IMG/VR virus record: IMGVR_UViG_3300028840_003497
Location: 1 to 64,000 of that record
From: a virus
DNA length: 64,000 nt
Reading direction: 5' to 3' (one strand)
The notes under the pieces were generated by a model. That model was not told the DNA's origin, ran no database searches, and saw only the letters and a list, made by a program, of their open reading frames with translations. Each line of letters starts with the position of its first letter. Position 1 is the first letter of the stretch. The position numbers and the translations under genes were made by a program. Shown here in pieces: positions 1 to 5,505 of this stretch.

Positions 1-1031
1 ACCTGCGGCGTCTTGTCTCCGCCCATCTTAGAAAATATGTTATTGATCTTTTGAACCCCGCCAACAACATCCTTGGACCCATCCATAATAATGTCTTTGG
101 CCTCGTCGCTCGTAACGCCGAGTTGAGTCAGGAATTTAAACAGCGGGGAATCGGCCAGCGCGCCCTCTCCACCATACGCGTACAATTTCTCGATCCTTAC
201 CGCCTGCTCAGCAAACATTTTGGCAGTATCCTGGCCGAGAGCCGTCGCTTGTTCCTCCGTCTCTCCCATCTCTTTGAAGGCACCCGCGAGTTTATAGGTC
301 GACTCCATGAGACTCTGAACCTCACCAGACGTTCTGGCCATCGACGGCGGAAGTTGCTCGAAAATCGCATCCAAAGCATCCAGTTGAGTCTTGGCACCCT
401 TGATTGCCGATGTCCCAACCTTTGCAGCCTTGCCAATGGCCATTATATTATTGACCATATCCCCGGCCTGCTTGTCGGAGGCACCCCACGAGGCAACCAT
501 GTCACCCATGATCCCGGCGTAGTCCTGCATGGTCACGCCGGTTGTCTGCGTAACCTTGACCCAATCCTTTTCCGACAGACCCATCGCATCGATCGCCGCC
601 TTCGCAGGAGCGCCAGCGTCGTGAATGGCCTTGAACGTCTCAGCCACAGCATCCGCGCTAGTGTTGAGACCGATCGCCATCCCAACGGCCCTGCTGGTCA
701 TTTTCTTGGCTTCCTTGCCAGTCAGACTCATTGACGCGATGATCGGTTTGGCCGACTGCGCATAGCTCACAGCCATCGATTCAAGCCCGTTAGAAAGATT
801 GCCTGTCTCACCCGTCAACTCGCGAACATTACTAGCTATCGAAGCAACATTAAACTGCTTGACTTTCTCCCCTATTTTCCCCCAAACCTTGCCAGATTTG
901 CCACCTTTTTTGTTCTGCTCATCAAGGAGATTGTTTACCTTGTCCAGGTTCTTCGTGGCGGAACTCATCGCAGCACTGAGACCCACGTCTCTCGCGCCAA
1001 ACCCGAAAGCTGCTCCTAGAAAATTAGCCAT
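1..1031 (-). CDS. Tail tape measure protein, N-terminal part (runs off window start)
   Basis: Not in the ORF track because it has no stop in the window. Manual translation from ATG 1031 gives MANFLGAAFGFGARDVGLSAAMSSATKNLDKVNNLL..., open to base 1, Ala/Gly/Met-rich and helical. It follows the tail chaperone. Confidence 0.85.
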   Translation of the reverse strand, partial: MANFLGAAFGFGARDVGLSAAMSSATKNLDKVNNLLDEQNKKGGKSGKVWGKIGEKVKQFNVASIASNVRELTGETGNLSNGLESMAVSYAQSAKPIIASMSLTGKEAKKMTSRAVGMAIGLNTSADAVAETFKAIHDAGAPAKAAIDAMGLSEKDWVKVTQTTGVTMQDYAGIMGDMVASWGASDKQAGDMVNNIMAIGKAAKVGTSAIKGAKTQLDALDAIFEQLPPSMARTSGEVQSLMESTYKLAGAFKEMGETEEQATALGQDTAKMFAEQAVRIEKLYAYGGEGALADSPLFKFLTQLGVTSDEAKDIIMDGSKDVVGGVQKINNIFSKMGGDKTPQ

Positions 1032-1042
1032 CGATCATCTCT

Positions 1043-1058
1043 GCGAACTTGAGTTCGT
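1043..1058. repeat. 16-bp palindrome copy 1 (GCGAACTTGAGTTCGT)
   Basis: Between the stop of the chaperone -1 frame and the tape measure start. Confidence 0.85.
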
Positions 1059-1261
1059 CACCGAACCCGACGATGCCGACTACGATTAGCCTGCTGCTTC
1101 GCATGCTCAGCCTTACGCTGTTCCAACTGCTGTTTTTTCTCGACAAACCGCTTCCTCCTACTCCACGGGAGAGACATCGTGCTGTCGTAATCGCCGCCCT
1201 GCAGCTCTTCGAGATAAAACACCTCGGATTCCAGGACTCCTACGTGTCCGAGGGGAAGAAA
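1058..1261 (-). CDS. -1 frame C-terminal extension of the tail chaperone (T4 gp51-like segment)
   Basis: Open frame overlapping the chaperone end, entered at G GGT TTT. EVFYL...MSLPWSRRKRFV resembles the gp51 PWER motif. No well-spaced RBS/start of its own. Confidence 0.7.
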   Translation of the reverse strand, partial: FLPLGHVGVLESEVFYLEELQGGDYDSTMSLPWSRRKRFVEKKQQLEQRKAEHAKQQANRSRHRRVR

Positions 1262-2121
1262 AAACCCGCCTGCCCCACGTCCATGTCGGCCTTCCACTCG
1301 TGGCTACATGCGGGACATTCGAACTCAACCTCGGTGTCCACGGAACCCTCGTGAATCTCGAAAAGTTTTCTAATGTCGTTACGATCACGGATCGGCAACG
1401 ACTTCAGAAGGGCCAGGGCTCTTTTATAGCCCTTCCCATCGCGCTGAACCTCAACGAGAGTCAGCACATCATCGACCATCACTTCGACGGCGTCAACGCG
1501 AGCCAGCATGGCAAGCGTCAAGACGTCCTCCTTGCGTTTTGTTTTCTTCGATAACCATTCCTCGTCGGCAGCACTCATGATGTGCCACTTGACCAACCTG
1601 TCCGCACCAATGCGATCCTCTCGATTGCGAGTCCTCTGATCACCCATCTTGACGATGTCTATGTCGGCAAGGTTTAACGAAAACCTACTCTGCTCCTTAC
1701 ACCCCGGAAAAGGACACTCGATCTTTACGTCATAAAAATCACCGAGTGACACACGACGAATAGCGATAAGCGCTGCCAATCGATCTGGAGCCAGCATCTG
1801 ATTCACCGCGTGGTTGATCTCCCGCTTCCCAGTCATCGATCCGAACCGCTTTGTACAGTTTGCTATAATCTGATTCAGGCGTGGAACGATCGGCCCTTTC
1901 CCTGCGAGAATATCCTCCTCGTATCCTGTCATCTCGCCAACTGTCATCGTGTCATGAAGACTTTCCTCTCCGTCAATGTGGCCGCACGGAAGATCCACTG
2001 TAAGTACACCTGGACCCTCGTCCATAAAATGCGCCTTTGTAGGCTCCGACTCGATCTTCTCGCCACCAGCTACGAAGGCCAATGCATCGCCTCCCTCAAC
2101 CTGCTCGTTCTTCTCGCTCAT
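1240..2121 (-). CDS. Tail assembly chaperone / baseplate hub assembly protein (T4 gp26-like)
   Basis: MTGYEEDIL, DRLAALIAIRRVSLG, two CxxC-type motifs and a C-terminal GFFFP; directly upstream of tape measure. Confidence 0.8.
   Translation of the reverse strand: MSEKNEQVEGGDALAFVAGGEKIESEPTKAHFMDEGPGVLTVDLPCGHIDGEESLHDTMTVGEMTGYEEDILAGKGPIVPRLNQIIANCTKRFGSMTGKREINHAVNQMLAPDRLAALIAIRRVSLGDFYDVKIECPFPGCKEQSRFSLNLADIDIVKMGDQRTRNREDRIGADRLVKWHIMSAADEEWLSKKTKRKEDVLTLAMLARVDAVEVMVDDVLTLVEVQRDGKGYKRALALLKSLPIRDRNDIRKLFEIHEGSVDTEVEFECPACSHEWKADMDVGQAGFFFPSDT
1258..1267 (-). other. Candidate -1 programmed frameshift slippery site GGGTTTTTTC
   Basis: X XXY YYZ heptamers G GGT TTT and T TTT TTC, in frame, a few codons before the stop. 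Confidence 0.75.
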
Positions 2122-2296
2122 CTTTCACCTCTTCTGCCTCCTGCATCCGGAGAATTTCTATCATCTCTCGGCGCTTCTTGGCATTGCAATCTGTCACCAG
2201 TCCACGGATCACCTCGCTCATTGACTTGCCCTCTCGGGCGCAGTGCTGGGCGAACTCATCATATACATTTTTCCTTATATCAACATTCAGTCTCAT
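2096..2296 (-). CDS. Ribbon-helix-helix (CopG/Arc-like) DNA-binding protein
   Basis: MRLNVDIRKNVYDEFAQHCAREGKSMSEVIRGLV is an RHH pattern; start revised to ATG 2296. Confidence 0.75.
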   Translation of the reverse strand: MRLNVDIRKNVYDEFAQHCAREGKSMSEVIRGLVTDCNAKKRREMIEILRMQEAEEVKDEREERAG

Positions 2297-2304
2297 TTGA
2301 GTAA

Positions 2305-2335
2305 ATCCTACTTGAAAAAGAATTCTTGCACAAGT
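2305..2335 (-). promoter_or_regulatory. Sigma70-like promoter of the RHH gene with an overlapping palindromic operator
   Basis: TTGTGC-17-TAGGAT, 8 nt before the ATG; 26-bp inverted repeat ACTTG-aaa-AAGAATTCTT-gca-CAAGT at 2310-2335. Confidence 0.5.
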
Positions 2336-2355
2336 CAAAAAAAACAGCATAAAAG

Positions 2356-2384
2356 TTGACTAACGCAGGCACAGGGCTTAATGA
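2356..2384 (+). promoter_or_regulatory. Divergent sigma70-like promoter
   Basis: TTGACT-17-TAATGA preceded by an A-tract; similar to the TTGACA-17-TAATAT promoter at 5452-5480. Confidence 0.5.
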
Positions 2385-2405
2385 TACCAGCAGGCAACGA
2401 GATAC

Positions 2406-2420
2406 CAGGCAAGATGCCTG
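2406..2420 (+). repeat. Hairpin/operator CAGGC-AAGAT-GCCTG before RBS
   Basis: Second copy at 2663-2677 carries a compensatory base-pair change. Confidence 0.6.
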
Positions 2421-2435
2421 AGAGGAGACAGTCAG

Positions 2436-2600
2436 ATGAAACGAACATTCCCAAAAATACAAATCGTCCTCGACAACCCCGACGACACCTACATCGACTC
2501 GGATCTGGAATCGATAATTTTGGACGAAGAAGAAGTCCTCTACTACCCGGCCCCAAACGAGCCTGGATCTGTTTTCGATCCAATATGGGATGAAGGATAG
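2436..2600 (+). CDS. Small acidic protein (54 aa)
   Basis: Below the ORF-track cutoff; GAGGAGA RBS; MKRTFPKIQIVLDNPDDTYIDSDLESIILDEEEVLYYPAPNEPGSVFDPIWDEG, 14 D/E versus 3 K/R. Confidence 0.65.
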   Translation: MKRTFPKIQIVLDNPDDTYIDSDLESIILDEEEVLYYPAPNEPGSVFDPIWDEG

Positions 2601-2662
2601 TATTTTACAGACCCCAGTTGACAAACACTCTAACAGGGGTTGTCAGTAGAGATGCAAGATGC

Positions 2663-2677
2663 CGGGCAAGATGCCCG
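2663..2677 (+). repeat. Hairpin/operator CGGGC-AAGAT-GCCCG before RBS
   Basis: Matches 2406-2420; an extra GCAAGATGCC lies at 2654-2663. Confidence 0.6.
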
Positions 2678-2692
2678 AGAAGGAGAAACACG

Positions 2693-3130
2693 ATGAAAAT
2701 GATCGCTAGAGATCAGGAGTATTTTACAAAAAAATTCGGTGCTGCAATGGACTTCATCTCAGATGCTGAATTGAGGATGAAATGTTGCGTCCTCGCAACG
2801 AAGGATCGAGACAAATTTGAAAACAGACGGCTCGGAGAACTCCTCCACACTCCTGCATGTTCCGAAAAATGGTTCCGCAATCAAATAGCATCCAACATGA
2901 GTATCCCCCCTGGAGAACTGGACGCTCTAGCCGCCGACCTCGCCCCTCCCGAGATTGGAGAATTTATCCATATTTTTAACGGGGACATCGACGGATGCGT
3001 ATACGCCATCGAGAAACTAAAGGATGGCCCCATCGGTTCTATCCGCGTCACCCTGGAGACAGAACCCGATCAGCCCTGCGAAGACATGAAAACCTACTCT
3101 GTTTTACACGATCAGTACTGTATAGTCTAA
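2693..3130 (+). CDS. Hypothetical protein (145 aa)
   Basis: AAGGAGA RBS before ATG 2693; TTGACA at 2618. Confidence 0.7.
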   Translation: MKMIARDQEYFTKKFGAAMDFISDAELRMKCCVLATKDRDKFENRRLGELLHTPACSEKWFRNQIASNMSIPPGELDALAADLAPPEIGEFIHIFNGDIDGCVYAIEKLKDGPIGSIRVTLETEPDQPCEDMKTYSVLHDQYCIV

Positions 3131-3255
3131 ACAACCCCACACAACATCGAAATGCCCTCTCCGTCGCCCGACAGCACCCACGCACGAGTGATCCATCCCA
3201 GCAAAAAACAGCGCCTCCTGTGGCCTCTGTGGAGATGTTTCCAAAATAGAAATAG

Positions 3256-3332
3256 CTGGCCTGCCCGGACTTGAACCGGGGCATCTCACGATGTAGGAAA
3301 CCGTGGCTCTAATCCATCTGAGCTACAGGCCA
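3256..3332 (-). tRNA. tRNA-Arg(CCT)-like, irregular anticodon arm
   Basis: Manual fold: TGGCCTG/CAGGCCA acceptor, T-loop TTCAAGT, ambiguous loop TTCCTAC. Confidence 0.55.
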
Positions 3333-3336
3333 ATAG

Positions 3337-3411
3337 TTGCAGGAATGGGACTCGAACCCACGACAGACCAAGGTTATGAGCCTTGCGTTCTTCCAACTGA
3401 ACTACCCTGCA
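3337..3411 (-). tRNA. tRNA-Met(CAT)
   Basis: Anticodon arm CAAGG-CTCATAA-CCTTG; canonical cloverleaf. Confidence 0.85.
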
Positions 3412-3412
3412 A

Positions 3413-3496
3413 TGGCCGAGGCGGAGGGAATCGAACCCACGTTTGCAGCTCCTAGCTACGCTTGCCCGGTTAGAAGCCGGGTGCGGCTACGCCCCG
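3413..3496 (-). tRNA. D-armless tRNA-like RNA, anticodon TCT (Arg), long variable arm, encoded CCA
   Basis: CGGGGCG/CGCCTCG acceptor, 8-nt linker TAGCCGCA, CCCGG-CTTCTAA-CCGGG, variable hairpin, T arm. Confidence 0.65.
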
Positions 3497-3497
3497 T

Positions 3498-3574
3498 TGG
3501 TCTAGGTGGAGGGATTCGAACCCCCGATCTCTGCGACCCAAACGCAGCGCCATACCAGACTTGGCAACACCTAG
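3498..3574 (-). tRNA. tRNA-Pro(TGG)
   Basis: CTGCG-TTTGGGT-CGCAG; C1-G72, A73, CCA encoded. Confidence 0.9.
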
Positions 3575-3581
3575 ATGTTTG

Positions 3582-3654
3582 TCGAGGAGACTGGAATCGA
3601 ACCAGCTTGGTCTCGGTCCCGAACCGAGCGGGTCATCCAATGCCCTACTCCTCG
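3582..3654 (-). tRNA. tRNA-Pro(CGG)
   Basis: CTCGG-TTCGGGA-CCGAG. Confidence 0.85.
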
Positions 3655-3661
3655 TTTTTAA

Positions 3662-3733
3662 TAGGGGCAGAGGGATTTGAACCCCCGCGCTCGGGGTGTA
3701 GGCCCGAAGCTCTTCCATCTGAGCTATGCCCCC
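3662..3733 (-). tRNA. tRNA-Val(TAC), with C33
   Basis: TCGGG-CCTACAC-CCCGA. Confidence 0.8.
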
Positions 3734-3736
3734 GTG

Positions 3737-3808
3737 TTGGCCCGCTCGGGTTCGAACCGAGTCCGCCCCGTTATGAGCGGGGTGCGCTTCCAGTTGCGCC
3801 ACAGGCCA
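3737..3808 (-). tRNA. tRNA with CAT anticodon (Met or Ile2)
   Basis: CCCCG-CTCATAA-CGGGG. Confidence 0.8.
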
Positions 3809-3813
3809 GTCAG

Positions 3814-3887
3814 CGAGGGCAGTAGGATTCGAACCTACAATCTCCGAGTTCGTAGCCCGGTGCCTTGATCCATTTGGCCATGCCCTC
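3814..3887 (-). tRNA. tRNA-Arg(ACG)
   Basis: CCGGG-CTACGAA-CTCGG. Confidence 0.9.
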
Positions 3888-3892
3888 ATCTG

Positions 3893-3964
3893 CTGATCCG
3901 GCAGGAATCGAACCTGCACTTCACCGTCCGGAGCGGCGCGTCGTGTCCATTTGACTACGGATCA
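3893..3964 (-). tRNA. tRNA-Arg(CCG)
   Basis: CGCCG-CTCCGGA-CGGTG. Confidence 0.85.
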
Positions 3965-3969
3965 TCTCG

Positions 3970-4040
3970 TGGATCCACGGGGAGTCGAACCCCGATTTCT
4001 GCCTTGCAAGGGCAGAGTCTTCCCATTGGACGATGGACCC
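3970..4040 (-). tRNA. tRNA-Ala(TGC)
   Basis: CTGCC-CTTGCAA-GGCAG; G3:U70 identity pair present. Confidence 0.9.
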
Positions 4041-4048
4041 ATCTTCAA

Positions 4049-4123
4049 AAGAGGCGACGGGACTTGAACCCGCAATCTTCAGATCCAAAATCTGACGGCT
4101 TGATCCGATTTGCCTACGCCTCT
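4049..4123 (-). tRNA. tRNA-Gln(TTG)
   Basis: TCAGA-TTTTGGA-TCTGA. Confidence 0.85.
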
Positions 4124-4197
4124 GGAGCCTCCGACCGGGATCGAACCGGTGTCTCCGCGTTGGTAACGCAGCGCACTGGCCGCTGTGCTACGGAGGC
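4123..4197 (-). tRNA. tRNA-Gly(ACC)
   Basis: CTGCG-TTACCAA-CGCGG; G1-C72, C2-G71, U73, CCA encoded. Confidence 0.8.
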
Positions 4198-4199
4198 AA

Positions 4200-4271
4200 A
4201 GGATCGGGAGAGAATTGAACTCTCGACAACAGAATTAAAAGTTCTGCGTTCTACCACTGAACTACCGATCC
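4200..4271 (-). tRNA. tRNA-Lys(TTT)
   Basis: CAGAA-CTTTTAA-TTCTG. Confidence 0.9.
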
Positions 4272-4275
4272 AGAT

Positions 4276-4348
4276 AGCCTACGGAGGGAATCGAACCCCC
4301 GACATCCAGATTACAAATCTGGCGTTCTTCCATCTGAACTACGTAGGC
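4276..4348 (-). tRNA. tRNA-Thr(TGT)
   Basis: CCAGA-TTTGTAA-TCTGG. Confidence 0.9.
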
Positions 4349-4353
4349 ATCAG

Positions 4354-4425
4354 AGCCCCTGGCGAGGCTCGAACTCGCTTCTCCGTGTTGGAAGCCCGAT
4401 ACATCACCACTTATGCTTCAGGGGC
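4354..4425 (-). tRNA. tRNA-Gly(TCC)
   Basis: TCGGG-CTTCCAA-CACGG (one mismatch); U73. Confidence 0.8.
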
Positions 4426-4430
4426 ATTCG

Positions 4431-4514
4431 AGGGCCGGGTGAGATTCGAACTCACGAGTGGATTTCTCCGGCGGGTTAACAGCCCGCTGCCTTCGACCAC
4501 TAGGCTACCGACCC
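4431..4514 (-). tRNA. tRNA with GTT (Asn) anticodon on a long-variable-arm, Tyr-like body
   Basis: GCGGG-CTGTTAA-CCCGC followed by the 15-nt variable region CGGAGAAATCCACTC. Confidence 0.8.
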
Positions 4515-4517
4515 ATT

Positions 4518-4590
4518 TGACCCGACCGGGGCTCGAACCCGGACTCTCCAAATTGAAAGTCTGGTGGCTTGCCAATTCGCCTACCGGGCC
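4518..4590 (-). tRNA. tRNA-Glu(TTC)
   Basis: CCAGA-CTTTCAA-TTTGG. Confidence 0.85.
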
Positions 4591-4691
4591 ATCCGAAGGA
4601 AACGACACCTTTTGGGGTTATGTTGGAAAATTACGCGAAAGAAGGAATCCGCAAAGGAGCCGTCCCCGGATCTAGAAATGGGGAATTCAAA

Positions 4692-4704
4692 TTGTCAAAG
4701 AGCG
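4692..4704 (-). promoter_or_regulatory. rrn/nut boxA-like antitermination element CGCTCTTTGACAA
   Basis: Close to the rrn boxA consensus (GCTCTTTAACA); ~100 nt upstream of the first tRNA of the 17-tRNA run and preceded by two hairpins. Confidence 0.55.
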
Positions 4705-4778
4705 AAGTCGATCCTTGGGGTTTTTGCCCCTGGGACGCCTGTTTGTTCTTTGCAATTTGGTTCAGACGTCCCATGGTC

Positions 4779-4883
4779 TTATGGCCTCCCCGCTTCCACG
4801 GCGACCGGGCGTGGATTAGCCCGACGACCACCAGCAGGCTGGCGCGTCTTTATCGCTGTGGTTGTAGTTCTTGCCGTTTCCAT
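4779..4883 (-). CDS. Putative 34-aa leader peptide METARTTTTAIKTR...
   Basis: Strong GAGGAGAGG RBS, just downstream of a promoter and upstream of the hairpins and boxA. Confidence 0.45.
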   Translation of the reverse strand: METARTTTTAIKTRQPAGGRRANPRPVAVEAGRP

Positions 4884-4919
4884 GTTCGCCTCTCCTCGTC
4901 GGAGTGTTAATATGCGGGG

Positions 4920-4948
4920 ATCATAACTCTCCCCGATCCCAATTGCAA
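4920..4948 (-). promoter_or_regulatory. Sigma70-like promoter for the main tRNA run
   Basis: TTGCAA-17-TATGAT inside the last codons of the HNH gene. Confidence 0.6.
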
Positions 4949-5364
4949 GCTTTTCTACATTCATTACAATTAGTTCTTTTCCCAGTCCTAGTACGGCCAT
5001 CTTTTCTCGCCCCAAAAAGATCCAATGGACGGAATCTTTGACAGACATAACACCACGACATTCCCTCTGGAATATCACGCTTCAAATATCCATTCATTCT
5101 TCTTCCTGCTTTATTGCACTTTCGATGCGAAAAAGAAATATTACCCAAATCCCAGAACAAGCCAACATCAACATCGAGCCAATCCCTTTTATGATCAACA
5201 CTAAGGTCCTGATAAGTTTCAATCTTCTCCCCACAGCGATAACAAACATCTTCACCAAGACGCTGAAGAAGCCGAAGCATCAACATCTTCTTCAGTCGAC
5301 CAGATGCCGTACCCATCGGCATTCCGAGCTGATCTGCCTTCTTTTGATTGGAATACCCACTCAT
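4921..5364 (-). CDS. Free-standing HNH endonuclease with C-terminal Zn finger
   Basis: CYRC...SVDH...NISFSHRKCN, then CYVC/CNEC; inserted between tRNA genes. Confidence 0.85.
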   Translation of the reverse strand: MSGYSNQKKADQLGMPMGTASGRLKKMLMLRLLQRLGEDVCYRCGEKIETYQDLSVDHKRDWLDVDVGLFWDLGNISFSHRKCNKAGRRMNGYLKRDIPEGMSWCYVCQRFRPLDLFGARKDGRTRTGKRTNCNECRKACNWDRGEL

Positions 5365-5368
5365 ACAA

Positions 5369-5440
5369 CGGGACCGAAGAGAATCGAACTCTCACCAGCT
5401 GGCTCGACAGGCCAGTGTCATACCATTAGACCACAATCCC
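5369..5440 (-). tRNA. tRNA-Asp(GTC)
   Basis: CTGGC-CTGTCGA-GCCAG; G73. Confidence 0.9.
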
Positions 5441-5451
5441 AAACGACAACC

Positions 5452-5480
5452 ATATTAATCACCGCATCACAGTTTGTCAA
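5452..5480 (-). promoter_or_regulatory. Sigma70-like promoter of the tRNA array
   Basis: TTGACA-17-TAATAT, 11 nt before tRNA-Asp. Confidence 0.7.
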
Positions 5481-5489
5481 CTACTTTCT

Positions 5490-5505
5490 GCGAACTCAAG
5501 TTCGC
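5490..5505. repeat. 16-bp palindrome copy 2 (GCGAACTCAAGTTCGC)
   Basis: Overlaps a stop codon; 9 nt upstream of the tRNA promoter -35 box. Confidence 0.9.

Noticed and set aside
3413-3733. Possible amber suppressor or pyrrolysine tRNAs (CTA within the loops TTCTAA and CCTACA)
   Set aside because: Stem pairing centres the anticodons on TCT and TAC, not CTA.
3256-4590. Regularly spaced GGTTCGA-like repeats suggesting a CRISPR array
   Set aside because: They are T-loops of tandem tRNAs; there are no identical repeats with spacers and no cas genes.
3337-4926. ORF-track entries over the tRNA array
   Set aside because: They overlap clear tRNA genes and have no protein-like features.
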